NCBI RefSeq assembly: GCF_016433145.1
Contig: NC_058132.1
Location: 193,542,034 to 193,606,033, forward strand
Direction of reading: 5' to 3'
DNA from: Gracilinanus agilis
Lineage: Eukaryota
DNA length: 64,000 bases
Both the position numbers and the translations under genes were made by a program. Under the pieces are notes generated by a model. That model was not told the DNA's origin, did no database searches, and saw only the letters and a list, made by a program, of their open reading frames with translations. Shown here piece by piece: positions 25,477 to 39,668 of this stretch. Each line of letters begins with the position of its first letter. Positions within the stretch are counted from its first letter, which is position 1.

Positions 25477-27135
25477 CTGGGAAAATTAGAACAAAAATTG
25501 TTTTTAGGAAGCTGAAATCCAAAATAAGTGAGATGAAGACCAGGTGGCTCAGTGGATTGAGAGCCAGGCCTAGAAACAGGAAGTTCTGGTTTCAAATTTG
25601 ATCTCAGACACTTTCTAGCTGTGTGATCCTGGGGAAGTCACTTAACCCTCATTGCCTAGCTCTTACTATTCCTCTGCCTTAGAACCAGTACACAGTATTG
25701 ATTCCTGAAGGGAACATAAGCACTAACCAATCCAGGGATGCTGAAATGCCACACTGAGGCCTCATGGGCAAGGGTCAAGGTCCAGTATAAAACAAAATAT
25801 TGTTGTAAAGGCAATTTTCTTGTTGTGGCCATATCAATTGGGGATAATAAGTGCTCAAACCTTCAATGGAAAAAATAATTAGTGGAGTCTCTACCAAATT
25901 AACTAGGTTAATATGGCATTGCTCAACAGACTATCTAGTTAGCTTCAGCAGCTCCAGTGACCATTATGAAGCTTCTGATTATATCCTTACAACCAACATG
26001 AGAATTTACGTTTCAAAAGCTCCTCTTTTGGAATTGCCAGTCCTACTATCTCCTAGTTAACTTCTCTATCAAGTATCTTCTTTCTTTCATCTTTTCTGTT
26101 TCCTTAGCAAATGTCTCAGAAACATAAAAAATGTGAACTTTGACTATAATAGAAATTTGTTATTAACCAAGTTGTAATAGGACTGACCACTTTGACGCAA
26201 CCCATTGTATTATTTGTTCTGTATGTCTTTGATACTAATCAGATAATCAATGAGTGTTGATATGCTAATAAAAGCACTAGCCCAGAGCCCCTGGAAAGGA
26301 GGCAAGTGAGATTTTCTCTAAATACCGTGTGGTAGTCTTTTTTCTTTTTTTCTTCTCTCATTTTCCATATTTCGTACCCACAGTTCCCTGGCCGCAACAA
26401 TTCCAAGACAGAAGGTAAAAGTTTTTGTGTTTGTTTTTTAAAGAACATTTAACTATACTCAGTTGAGTTTGAGTCACTATTCGACTTTTGTAGTTGAAGA
26501 GGATCAGTGACATCATAATGTGGGGGTCAAGGTATATAGTGTACAGTCCAGTTCAAGCTCAGTAGATTGTACTGTAGGTTGGGCAAAAATAGTCCCTTTG
26601 AACATTTGGGATGGAGATGTCTCTAGATTTGCTCATCTCTAATTTCCTTTGTGCTATTGTGATTCTGAATTTGTTCATCAAAGACCTTGAATAGAAATAA
26701 GAGAAATGAGCATTCTAATCCTATGGCCTTCATCTCATTTAATCAATTGCAATGCTCAAAAAGATCCCCAAACTAAATTGAGTGAAGGTGTAACATAACA
26801 CTCTGCTTCCCTAACCATCTTTGCTCTAAAACCCCTAGGAAGTAAGGGAAACAGATGAACACATGTCCAAGACCAAGAATTATTTATTAAGCACCTGACA
26901 TGTGCCAGAAACTGTGCCAAGTGCCGAGAGTATAATTAATAGAAAGACAGTTCTTGCCTTCAAGAAACTTACAATTTAATAAGGAGAGACAACACATAAT
27001 AGCAGTCAGTGAAGGTGGGGAGATTTGCAGGCAAGGGGAAACCAGGCTGAATAGCAGATGCAGGGTGGAGTGAACCAAAAATCCAGTTTCTGCTCTCTTT
27101 AAAGGAAGGAAGGTTCTGGGAGGAGTTTGGTATTA

Positions 27136-27509
27136 CGGTGATCCCTCACCTATCATGGGAGTTATGTTCCAGAGACCCCCAATGGAATAAGTGAAAATCC
27201 ACCAAGTAGCAGGAGAGCAAACAGACCAATACTAGAGTCACTGAGCCAATCAGTGCCCAGGATACAGAACACAGTGCTGTGGTTGGTCGCCTTTCATTCC
27301 ATCAGCCAATAGTGTGCCATGTACAATCTCACATTGGCTAATGCACAAGAGATAGTGGTGAAATGCATTTCCATTGTGTACAGTATGGTATTTCATCCAC
27401 AAAATCCCTCAATATAACAAAAAACCCTCAATACAGAATTAGATTTTTTTTAAACCCTCAATACAGTGAAGCCTCAATAAGTGAACTGTGATATAGTGAG
27501 GGACAACTG
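27136..27509. mobile_element. Tc1/mariner-pogo (Tigger-like) non-autonomous element
   Basis: TA on both sides; ends CGGTGATCCCTCACCTATC / GATATAGTGAGGGACAACTG. Confidence 0.75.
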
Positions 27510-30373
27510 TATACCCTCTGGCCATTCAGAAGAGAGAGGAGGCTGAGGGAGGGTGGTGTAAGTCAAGGTTTAACATAGCAATGCAGATGTCACAGATGGG
27601 ACATTTTTTGCATAAAAGGAGAAAGCTAGGAAGCCAGTTTTGGAGCCACTATACCATCAACACCATTTGCGCAAATTGCAGAATGGGAGGTTTGCAGCAC
27701 CCCTCTTTCTAGCCTTTCCTTTTGCCTCCATCAATTATTTGTTCCTGCTTTGTGTAATTTGAACTCAGTTTCAGATGCTGGAGGCAACCCTCACCAAACT
27801 GACCTTTGGCCAGGATTGTAGGCAGGGTGGTGCAGCAGCTAGCCATCTCAACATGGAAACTCTAAAAAGCAAAGGTCCCTGGAACTCCAGTCCTAGGGAG
27901 TTTTTCAGTTTGGAACTAGAGCTATATTCTATGGGAATAGATATGTCATGAACTTAATCCATTTCCTTTCTCCAGAGCCAGAGGAGATACGCGGAGAAAG
28001 GGGGATTATACCTCTCATTGGGGGGAATATGTTTAAAAATTTATGATTATCTTTTTTTTTAACCCTTGCCTTTAAGGCAGAAGTGGTAAGGGCTAGGCAG
28101 TAGGGATTAAGTGACTTGTCCACGGTCACACAGTTAAGAAGTGTCTGAGGTCAAATTTGAACCCAGGACCTCCTGTCTCTGGGCCTGGCTCTCAATCCAC
28201 TGAGCCATCCAGCTGCCCCCATGATTATCTTTTGAAATAAATATTCCACTTTGAAAAACTTCTACTCTATTACATGTAAAACGAGAGTGTTAGATGATTT
28301 CTGATATTCACATTGTTGGAAAAGTCCATGTTGATGAGACCCAGTTTTCTCAGAGGATCCAAGTTTGGGCAGGTGAACCTCACTTCAATTCCTGGCAGTT
28401 AACAAGCATTTATTAAACACTCCCCATGTGTCCAGCACTTTGCCAAATAGTAGGGATACAAAGAAAAGCAATATCAACCTCTTCCTTCAAGGAACTCACA
28501 TTCTAATGGAGGAGGTAACATACAAACAACTATGTATATAGAGGATGTATACTGAATAATCTCAGAGTAAGAGCAATAGGGGTGGTGGGTAGGGAGGTCT
28601 GGGAGAGCACTTGTAACTGAGATAGGATTTGAACTGAAATTTGAAGTATTCTAGGGAATCCAGGAATTGTCAACAAGGAAGAAGAGCATTCCAAGTATGG
28701 GAGACAGCAAAAAGACACTCTAGTAGGAAGATGGAGTCATATGAAAGGGACAGCAAGAAGGCCAGTATCACTTAATCAAAGAAGAAGTGGAGGAGAGTAA
28801 AATATAAGAATAGAAAGGTAAGAAGAGGTCCAGGTTGCAAAAGGCTTTAAAAGACAGAGGATTTTATATTAGATCCAGGAGGTAATAGGGAACTATTATA
28901 GTTTATATTTCCTCAATGAAGCCTTCCTCATCTTTCCTGCTGATACTGCTCCCCCTCCTCAAAATTACTTTGTACACATTTTTAAATTTTTTCCTAATTT
29001 TATTTTTTCATAAACAAACTAATTAAATAATACATTTCATAAATAATAAAAAATTAAAAAATTTAAATTAAATTAAATTTTTAAAAAATCAAAAAAGTCT
29101 GTTTTAGTTCCTGCCTATCTCTCCCCTTCAATAAAAAAAGAAGAAATGAAACCCTTGTAAGAAATTAGTTGGGTAAAGCAGATTCTTAAATTAGCCATGT
29201 CCAAAAAGTATATGCATAGGTCTCACCCTGAGTCTATCACTCTTTGCCAGGAGGTGAGCAGCTTCATTATTAGTCCTCTGGGTTTGTTGTATTATGTTCC
29301 CCCAGTTGAAAATGAGTTTTCTGAAAACAGGAATGTTTTCATTTTCCTTTGTACCTCCAGTGCCTAGCACTGTAACTTACTCTTAGAAGGTGCTTAATAA
29401 ATGTTTCTTGTTGGAATATATATTTTTTAAAGATCATTGGTAACTTCAATGAGATTAAGAGTTGAACACAGGTAGAATCCAGACTGACAAGAGTTTGTAC
29501 AGAAATGAGAAGAAAGGAAGTGGAGGCACCAATTGTAGATGGTTTTTCTCAATAATTTTAGGCAAAAGAGAAGAGATATAGAATGGTAGTTAGTATGTAT
29601 GAATAGATCAAATGAGAGTATTTTAAGGAAGACCTGAGCTTGTTTAAGGTCAGCAGGGAAATAGTCAATAGACAGAGAAACATTGAGAATTAATAATAGG
29701 GGGGCAGCGAGAGGGCTCAGTGGATAGAAAGCCAGGCCTGTAGATGGGAGGTCCTCTGTTCAAATTTGTCCTCAGACACTTCCTAACTGTGTGACCCTGA
29801 GCAAATAATTTAAGCCTCATTGCCTAGCCTTTACCATTCTTCTGCCTTGGAATCAATCACAGTATTGATTCTAAAAGGGAAGGGAAGGGTTTAAAACAGA
29901 AAATTAAAGAAAGACTGGAATGATAATCAGGAGGAAACCACTGGAGATGAAAGGATGGAATAGGATCAAGGGTACACATAGAAGAATTAGCCTTGACAGG
30001 GAGAAGGGAAGGGTACCTCTTCATGTGAGACAGAGGCAAAGGAAGTGGGGAGGGAAGGCATAAGAATAATGTGAAGTGAAGAAGAAGGAGGAAGGATAAG
30101 TTCTTGGCAAATTAGTCAATTTTTTCAATGAAGTATGAGATGAGGTTCTTACCTGAGAGAGAAGGTCTCATGGGAGGTTTGACAAGAAATGAAAAAGTTT
30201 AGAAAAGCTGCTATAATAAGTAAGACAGTAAACTGACTAGGGGGGAATAAAAGCGTTGTCTTGTTTCAGTGAAGGCCCTGTTGAGATTGTATAACATAAA
30301 TTTGTAATAGGCCCAGTCAGCATAGTTTCATGAAAATAGTAATCATTAAGGATCGGCATCGGCATAGATTTTT

Positions 30374-30527
30374 TTTTTTTTATAAACCCTTGTACTTTGG
30401 TGTATTGTCTCATAGGTGGAAGATTGGTAAGGGTGGGCAATGGGGGTCAAGTGACTTGCCCAGGGTCACACAGCTGGGAAGTGGCTGAGGCCGGGTTTGA
30501 ACCTAGGACCTCCTGTCTCTAGGCCTG
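30374..30527 (-). mobile_element. young 5'-truncated SINE1-type copy
   Basis: perfect 16-bp TSD ATCGGCATAGATTTTT; nearly identical to 34810-35000. Confidence 0.9.
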
Positions 30528-31109
30528 ATCGGCATAGATTTTTGAGGGATGGGTCATGCCAGAGTAGCCTTGTTTTTATAAGTTACTAGGCTTTTGGATG
30601 ATAAATCAGGGGACTGATATGGATATATTATATTATATTTCAGCAAGAGATTTGACGCCTCATAACTTTGTGGATAAGATAGAGAGCTATAGGCTAGAGT
30701 ATATTTGGTTGGGTATGTAAGGGAGAAGAAGAGAAACCAGGGCTTTGCAAAACTGCAAAGAGTGTCAAAGGCATGAGTTTGCAAAGAAGGGTCTGGTCAC
30801 ATGCACAGAACTTTTATGGACCCATTTTGGAATGGAAGGAATGCTTAAAAGGCAACACATGGAGACCATCAGGGTCCGTTGTTCCTGTCCAGCCAGGAGA
30901 GTGGAGACTTCACTTCCTGTGGCAGTTTGTCTATGCCTGAAGGAGGTGACTTTCCCTGAAAACTCTGAGGTTCCTGTGTTCCAGCTTTTGAGAGATTTCT
31001 GAGAATCCTGCCCATTCCTATTGAGTGAGTTCCTCTGCTTATATAACAACAACTCTACAAACCCTTTTAGCCATCTTACTCACCTATTTCAGGTAGCTGG
31101 CACATTTAT

Positions 31110-31690
31110 CATATATACATTCCCCAGACTAGGAGATATAGTTAATTTTAGATGTCAATAAGAATCCAAAAATCTCAACAGTCTGGAATAATATGCTAAA
31201 TCAACCTCAATAGAATTTAATCAGTATAAATATAAAGTTTTATATTTGATTTAAAAATTCAACAGAATGGGTACAAGACAACTTGCCTACACAACATGTT
31301 ATTCATGAAGAAAAGATCTAGGGGTCTTTGTATACTGAAAGCTCAGTATAAAGTAAAAAATGGAAGCCAAAAAATGTTAATACCATATTAGGCTACCCTA
31401 ATAAAAATATTTAGTTTAAAAAACATAATAGTCCTACTTTTACTTCACTCAGTTCAGACCACATCTGGAATATTCTTTTCAAATCAAGGTACTACACCTT
31501 GTAAAAGAATTAGTAAAATGGAGCATGTCTAGTAGAGTATAGCCTGAATGGTGGAAGGCCACATGTACCATGTCTGACAATGATTTGTTGAAAGAACTGG
31601 GGATTTTTCATTTAATTGGAAGACAACTTAGGGATGGCACAATAGTTATCTTCAAGTATTTTAACGTCTGTTGTGTGAAAGAAGGGTTAC
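31110..31690 (+). mobile_element. L3/CR1 LINE remnant
   Basis: GAAAAGATCTAGGGGTC and CAGACCACATCTGGAATATT motifs typical of CR1 3' ORF; approximate boundaries. Confidence 0.6.
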
Positions 31691-32849
31691 ATTACTAAGG
31701 CTGGCTCCACCATGGCCCTAAGAACCTCATCATTGGGAAAAGTCATCATCCTGTAAGGTCTAATCAGCCTTGGTACTCATATCTCATCAGTACTCTCTGC
31801 CCCTCTGATTGGAGAACAGAGACAAGAACTACTAAATCTCCATTTAAGAAAAGACCAGCACAGCCATCTCCTCATTTCCTACACAGTTGCCCTTTTTTGG
31901 ACTTCTCTGACTTTTCTACTATGTCCCTGCCCCATACCTTTTTCTTCCTCCAACCTTTTTCAGCTTTCTTTTGTGTATTATCTTACCCCTTTAGACTTTA
32001 AGCTCTTTGAAGACAAGGACTGTGCTTATTTTTCATTTTTATATCCATAGCACTTAGCACAGTGCCTGGCACATGGTAGGTGTTTAATAAAGGCTTATTG
32101 ACTTACTGATCTTCTGTGAAGACATTCAAAAGGATTTATTTAGCTTCTACCACATCTTTCTTGCCTTTGCTCTTTTGGCTGTTCTATTTATGTTTGGGCT
32201 CTTTTCTTCAGAGTGTCTGGTAAGAGATTATGAAGCCCAAATGATCCAGAGAAATGAGCCTTGGCCCTTGGTCTCTCCTTTTATTCTTTTCTGTTCTAGT
32301 GAAGTGAGTAGAGTCTCTCGTTCTTTATATCTATATCTAAATATATATATCTATATATATTAAACCCTTACCTTCTGTCATAGAATCAATACTGTGTATT
32401 GATTCCAAGGCAGAAGAGTGGTAAGGGCTAGGAAATGGGGGTTAAGTGACTTGCCCTGTGTCATACCACAATTAAGTGTCTGAGGCCAGATTTGAACCTA
32501 GGACCTCCCATCTGTGGGCCTGGCTCTCAATCCACTGAGCCACCCAGCTGCCCTACTTGCTATATTTTTTAAATTCTTTGTAAAAGTTAATTTATGTTAA
32601 ATGACTAATTGGAATTAAGATAGTACTCATGGGCACCTAAATGTGGGGGGAACAGCCAGTGGGGGCTCAAGCCAGTGGTAGTAAAAAGACACATAGATCC
32701 CTCAGGGGACCCTAGAACCCTAATGGGCAAATGTAGCAGGCCTGGCTCTTGGAGGCATTCAAGAGCTCATGACAATGAACTTTTCTTTCTCTTGGCCAGA
32801 GAAACCTTGAGTTTTTGCTACACAATATCTTGGATCCTGTAGGTTCCAG

Positions 32850-33750
32850 AAATAATATTTCAGGAAAATCTACTCTATTAATGAAAGTATAGCCACTGTA
32901 TTCGGACTTTTATATCATCCTCAAATGCTACCTGAGGAAGTAAAAGTGGCACTAAAGAAAATAAAGAACAGATGGCCTGGACCCTTGATGGTGAACCTAT
33001 GACATGTAAATCTGCTGGGGCTGTTCTATTCCTCCTCTCCATTGTTCCTCCCTACCCCTCTGCCCAGCAGCCCAATGGAAGTGGTTACTCCCTCTCCTGA
33101 GTGGAGCCCTTGGCCCACTCCCCTCCTTTTTTCCCTCCCCTATCTGGGGTGGGGGGGTGGGGGAGACTTGGTCTCAGGGGGGCAGAGCACAGGATGCAGG
33201 GAAGGAGACAGGGCACAACACGCAGCATCTAAAAGGTTCGCCATTACTGGCCTGGACCAAGAACACATCACTGGCCAGGCCAACATGGATTTGAAGAAAC
33301 TCAAGGATCATTTCTCAAGATACTTGTACAAAAGAGTCAGTCCATAGTGAAGTGTTAAACTAACTAAAAACTTGACCTTAAAATATATTCCCTTTATAAG
33401 ATATAATTCCTTGAATGGTTTAGAAAGAGAACAACTCATAAGACAAACAATGATAGCACAAGCTCTCAAGATGACCTTTTGAAATTAATATGGCAGATGT
33501 TGGGGGAGAAAAGGAACACAGCTCCTCACTAAATGCATAGAAGAATATCTAAAAGACAAATTGAGTTTCAGAAAGAGAGACCTTGAGAAGCCAAATGGAT
33601 TTGGGAGAATAGAAGCATGGACAGAGGCAGTTGCCACAAAGAAAAATGCCAGGTCCCTCAGACTGAGGTTGTTTGGGACAATTAGTCACAAAGAGTATCA
33701 AGAGAGTTGTGTTGCTGAACCCACTAAAGATCTCAAGACAATAATCTTGC
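32850..33750 (+). mobile_element. old RTE LINE, RT N-terminal part, interrupted by a hAT MITE
   Basis: after removing the MITE reads MLPEEVKVALKKIKNRWPGP (cf. EV..A.K.K..KAPGPD). Confidence 0.6.
32983..33249. mobile_element. hAT MITE, CAGTGATGGCGAACCT-type TIR
   Basis: CCTTGATGGTGAACCT / AGGTTCGCCATTACTG; perfect 8-bp TSD GCCTGGAC. Confidence 0.88.
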
Positions 33751-34012
33751 ATCTCCTTTTCTCTCCTTAGGTTTTCTCATAGAAGTCTGAAACTGTTTCT
33801 CAATGTTCAGGGTAAGACTCTTCACCTTTCCTTGGCTTTGAAAGTTATTTTGTATTTTGTGTTTTTATATTTTTAAATTTTATTCTGTATTTTAAATAGC
33901 ATTATCCACAGACTTGTTAGAAATAAAGAAATCTCTGGTTTAATTGCGGTAAATTAAAGCTGGAGATCTTACCACCCAGTTTGTGATAGGACCCCATATA
34001 GAGGTAGAACAG

Positions 34013-35043
34013 TGTAAAAAGGAATTCTTTAATTTAACAGGGGACCTGGAGGTCCTCTTACCATAGAGATGTGTAGGGATTAACCAGCCCACAGTGACAG
34101 GAAGTAGGAACCGGGACTCCCCTTTGGGGCCAGCATCAGTTGCAGGCTGTCAGTTGCTCACAGTTAGGAGAGGGAGTTGCTGATGATTGGTGAGTTGCAG
34201 ACGGTTAGGGTTGGCAGTTGTGGAGAAGTTGGCTGCTGGGCATGAGTTGGTCATTGGGGGTTGGTTGTTGGTAGTGTAGGTTGGCGCTTAGTTGCTGGAA
34301 TAGAAAGGCGAGCCTGAGCTTACTGAGAGGGCTTTTGGCTTGAGCCTTTAAATGGGCTTTTTGCCTCTGGGATCTCTAGAGAGCAGGAGGTCTATCTCAT
34401 AGGCAAGGATCTGCTGTCAGTTGGCTATTGACAGTTTGGGTTGCTATAGAAAACTGAGTGAGGGAGTGAGGGAGTTAGTGGATCATTTATAGATAGTATG
34501 GATTAGATAGGCCTGGTGTTTGCCAAGGCAAGAAGAAACTATCCTCAGAATATAGCTAGAGGTAGTTATTAGGAATTTTAAGTAGTACTAGGAATTTTAG
34601 GTATATTTTAGGGCATAAGATTAGTAATCTCTCCTCTTTTCTATCTTTCCCTTCTTTACTATATTTTTTTACTATCTCTCTTTTAATTAAACTGAATTGT
34701 TAATTGTTAAAAGCTGCTAGAAGTTTTCTTTTCTCTGGCTTAAAGGGATAATATAAATTTACAACTCTACTATGTTCTCATTAAAACAAATTATTAAAAG
34801 TCGATCTCTTGGGGGCAGCTGGGTAGCTCAGTGGAGTGAGAGTCAGACCTAGAGACAGGAGGTCCTAGGTTCAAACCCGGCCTCAGCCACTTCCCAGCTG
34901 TGTGACCCTGGGCAAGTCACTTGACCCCCATTGCCCACCCTTACCAATCTTCCACCTATGAGACAATACACCGAAGTACAAGGGTTTAAAAAAAAAAAAA
35001 GTCGCTCTCTTATTTTGTCAAAACCCCTATTTTAACCCTTACA
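34013..35043 (+). mobile_element. solo LTR containing a SINE
   Basis: TGTAA...TTACA, 4-bp TSD ACAG. Confidence 0.75.
34810..35000 (+). mobile_element. full-length young SINE1-type copy nested in the LTR
   Basis: TSD AAAAGTCG(A/C)TCTCT; retains CpGs; A-tail. Confidence 0.9.
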
Positions 35044-35994
35044 ACAGTATGTTTTTATAGATTTTCAATAGCTAATTAGTATGTCATTAACACAGCAAAG
35101 GGTACAGAGGATGTTAAGAAACATGCAGTGGTATTTGAGAATAAGAGTTTGGAACATTTGATACAAAGTCCTGAAAGTTCAATACAAGTTTAGCTATCAT
35201 ACTACTTAGGTCAAAGTAACTTTTCTTGGCCACAATACTCTGGGGAGTCTATAGTTGGCATAAATCTTCAAAGGATCAAACCGTACCTTGGCATATGATC
35301 TCATCAGGTTAGCTGTAAACTTGTCATTCCCAATGAACCCAGCTCTTTTGTATGGGTTTCAGATTCCCTAGAAAACAATAATTCTGAAGTTTTTATTCCT
35401 CCAATATAAGTTCTTAATGTATTTAGTTTCTATAATATTCTAATATACCAAACTAAATCCTTTCTAATATTATAGTTAATAATTCTATTATTATAATTAT
35501 TTTGTATATTTATATATAACATAATAATAATTCTATTATTATAATTGATATACACCATTTACTAACTGGCTCTAACTTTTTCTGCAAATCATAGTTATAA
35601 AAGGGAATATGTGATCACATGGCTCATGATCAATAATATAAAGGAAATAAAACAATTTTCCTTTCTGGCTTTTGCTAGTCTTGAGTTACCCATTAGAAAT
35701 GTAGCTGGGAGGAAGGAATTGAGGGAAAAGAACACTTGGAGAAGGGAAAGAGAGAGATTTAACACTGTTTTGCCAGAGTGCTGCCTCTGACTGGAGATTT
35801 GAAACTGAAAAAGACAGAATAATAGAACTTCTGATACACCTCATCAGGATATTTAAAAGAGGCATTTAAACTAGGAAATCCAATTAGGCAACAAATCAGT
35901 AGCTGGAGGGAAGGCAAATAGGAATGGTTGGATAATCTTGCTCACTATACCTCTTCACTTGGTATAGCCGAAAGAAGATGGGCTATCAAAGGCT

Positions 35995-35997
<3 letters not shown>

Positions 35998-36053
<56 letters not shown>
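35998..36053. repeat. (CA)n microsatellite
   Basis: direct reading. Confidence 0.98.
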
Positions 36054-36055
<2 letters not shown>

Positions 36056-36338
36056 TATTATTACTGAAAAAAGATGATGAGTGGAGAGCTCATTGGGAAG
36101 GGACTTAGGCACGTCATCTTGCTAGCCTGTCTTCTATGTGGTGTTTCAGAGTGGTGGGAGCCTGTTCGCCTAAGAGTTTGCCCTCTGGAGGTGGTGTCCC
36201 AGCATGGTGGATCCCTCCATTGCCTCTAAAAGCTCCAGAAAACTGCTGGGCACTGGGCTACTGCAGTACTCTTTTTCCTCTGGCCAGGGAACCATTTTTT
36301 AACTATCCAAGGGCATGGATCAGCCTCCCTTAGGACTT

Positions 36339-37296
36339 AGAGTCTGTGAATTGGCAATTTTCAGATAAAGAAATCAAAACAATCAATAAGCACATGAAAA
36401 AGTGTTCTAAATCTCTTATAATTAGAGAAATGCAAATCAAAACAACTCTGAGGTACCACCTCACACCTAGCAGATTGGCTAATAGGACAGCAAAGGATAA
36501 ATGTTGGAAAGGATGTGACAAAATTGGGACACTAATGCACTGCTGGTGGAGATGTGAATTGATCCAACCATCCTGGAAGGCAATTTGTAATTATGCCCAA
36601 AGGACTTTAAATGACTGCCTGCCCTTTGATTCAGCCATACCACTGCTGGGATTATACACCAAAGAGATCATAAGGAAAAATACTTGAACAAAAATATTTA
36701 TAGCCACACTTTGTGGTGACAAAAAATTAGAAAAAGAGGGGATGCCCTTCGATTGGGGAATGGCTGAATAAATTGTGGTGTCTGTTGGTGATGGAATACT
36801 ATTATGCTAAAAGGAATAATGAACTGGAGGAATTCATTGTGAACTGGAATGACCTCCAGGAATTGATGCAGATCGAAAGGAGCAGAACCAGGAGAATGTT
36901 ATACACAGAGACTAATATATACTGTGGCACAATCAAATGTACTGGACTTCTCTACTAGCAGCAATGCAATGATACAGGACAAAATCTAAGGGACTTATGA
37001 GAAAGAATGCTATCCACATCCAGAGAAAGAACTGGGGGAATAGAAACACAGACGAAAAACAACTGCTCGATCACATGGTTCGATGGAGATATGATTGGGG
37101 ATGTAGACTCTAAATGATTACTCTATTGCAAACATTAATAATATGAAAATGGGTCTTGATCAATGATACATGTAAATGATACATGTAAAAAATGAATTGC
37201 TCATTGGCTATCGGAGGGGGGAGGGAAGAGGGGAAGGAAAGAATATGAACCATGTAACCACGGAAAAATATTATTAATTAGTTAATTAATTAAAAA
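36339..37296 (+). mobile_element. 5'-truncated L1 (ORF2 C-terminus + 3'UTR)
   Basis: HMKKCSKSLIIREMQIKTTLRYHLTP..CWKGC..GTLMHCWW; possible TSD AGGACTT. Confidence 0.92.
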
Positions 37297-39668
37297 AGGA
37301 CTTTGTACATTTCCCCATTCACTGCTCTGATTATCTGAGATCAGCTAAAATGATAGAGGTGATAATGAACACCCCCATCATTAGATGAGATTGGACTAAA
37401 TAACCAAAAGGATGGCATCTCCTATCAGATCTTTCCAGATCTCTCAGATTTTGATTGCTACTACAAACTGAAGAACTCCCTGCCTTCCATTGTGGTGGAG
37501 TCCACAGTGGGAGAAATGGAAAGTGGGGAGCTCAGATGGCCCCCAAAGGAGTTCTTGGTCCAGGAATATGTGAAAGAAAACAAAGAAGAAACAAAGAAAG
37601 AGGACAAAAAGCAGTAAATCTATTTAGGGGCTACCTAAAGGGGACAAAAAAAATACATGTGAACTGTATTTTTTTCCCCATCATGGTAGAAAATGAGTGA
37701 GCCATAGTAGTTCTGAAAACGTCTAATGATTGCTTCAATTTTGCACCTTCGAGATCACTGGGTTGGTTTTCTTTCTTTCTTTTTTTTTTTAAGTATCAAT
37801 AGTTTTTTCCAAAAGAAATATTATTTGTCCAGCAGCTGAGTTCTCAATGCAAAGATCAGCAAGGTCTTCAGAGAAAGGAAGTCATTTAACTGGAATTGGG
37901 GAAGTAAGTGTCTGATTCTTTGAGGTCACTGTCTGGGAGCTCTCTAATGTCAGACAGGCAAAAAAGCCTGAGACAAATATGTGGGACAGTCCCTTGATTA
38001 CCTTTGTCCTCCTTCCTTTTTTCCCCACCTGCTCCCCTGATCTTCCTCTTCCTCTCACAGAAGATATTCCTCCATATTTATCTGCTTTTTTGGTTTTGTG
38101 GGTGGGCAGGGCAAGACTTTCTAGGTTCCGTTTCCCAAAGTACCCATCCCATTTTTGTTCTGTAAGCCTTAGTATTCCATGTCCCCTTGTAGGGGATGGG
38201 GAGGATAGGAAAGCCAGAGGATGGATCCTTTGCCCTTCTTAGGGTGAAAGACAAATGTCAGTGGACCTCTTTCCTCCTGTCACTCCCAATTTTCTGTAAC
38301 TTCCTTTGATTCTTTTTTTGAGATTCAGGGAAAAACTAGCATTTTTTCCCCCAAAACTACTTTTTGTCACCGTGACAATCGTAAATAGAGTTTGAAAATG
38401 CTTTCTACTTTAATAACAACAACAAAAAGATGATGAGACAATATCAATAACTACCAGCCTATATGACTACTTTCCCATCTCTGCAAAATTTTTATGAAAT
38501 AATCTACACATATATGCAAAACATACTCAATGAAGATATGAGAAGGAAAAAGGTAGACTTTTATAAATGATATTTTGCAGCTAATCATAAATTTATAGCC
38601 ACTCAGTTGATTAAAAAGGTGGAGAGAAGTAGGAGCATGAATCATGTAACCATGTTAAAAATGAATATTAATAAATGTTTAAATTTTTTAAAAAAGGTGG
38701 AGAGAAAACAAAATCCTATCATATTGTTTATTAACTATAAAAAGCTTGATTTGGTAGAGCAAAAAGGTTGTCTTAAATGTTCAAATGTCTCCCAAACATA
38801 TATTAATATCACATAAGATAATTCAAAATGTTCATCCAATTCAATTTCCAAGATGAAGAGGGAGGGGTTCCCTAGATAGCGAAGTCTTCCAAGTTGGTAC
38901 TACTTGTGGATGAAATTGCATTGACTGCAACAAGTAGAAGCCCCCCAAATGAGATTCATAATTTATTCAAAAAGAGTTTGGACTACTTAGCCACATATGA
39001 AAATTCAAGTAGATGAATGTGGGAAGCCAATAAGAGAAACAGAGTCTCAAATAGATAAAAAATCTGAGACTTCTCTTTTGACCCCTTTTTGTGATCCACA
39101 CCCTTTCTTGTTGAAAAGTATTGTGACCTTATTGAAAAGCTTTAAGCTCTTAGAAAACCAGTAATCAAGAGGTTAACATTCTTCCCCTTTGGACATGAAT
39201 GCAGCTGCTTGGTAAAGCCAAGGCTGAAACCTTAACAGGGGCACTTTGCCCAATTTAGAATAAATTGATGGGTCTCAAAAAAGTTGTTTGAGACAGTCAA
39301 GACCGAGAAATCTAGGGGCTTTCTGTCCTTCCAAAATATTCCCCGACTTGGCTTTTTGATAAGAACCCAGTCAAAATTCAGCCTTGGCCTTGTTCTATTT
39401 GGAAGCCATTGAGAATCTTTGTGTTTTGACATGACATAATTTGTAACTTCTGTGCAAACTTGAAGTTTTGGGGGTTCTTTTGTGTGAAGTGAGTCTTGAA
39501 ATATATATATATATATATAATAAACTTCATGCTGCCACAGAGGGGGCTGGAAGCATGAGCTAAAAGATCTTCCATGTCAGTTACTTCTTATCAACTAAGC
39601 TGTCCATATAAGATTATGTGGAGATGATAAATAGATCTCAACAGATAAAATATAGACAATATCTAGAT

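Noticed and set aside
33042-33347. 101-aa ORF with a weak RRM-like look (KKLKDHFSRY)
   Set aside because: It spans a hAT MITE and an RTE remnant, so it is a composite of repeats.
35287-35367. 81-nt minus-strand segment with good AG and AAG|GTACGG sites
   Set aside because: All three frames contain stops and no partner exons were found.
35477-35546. 22-bp AT-rich direct repeat
   Set aside because: Low-complexity slippage with no structure suggesting function.
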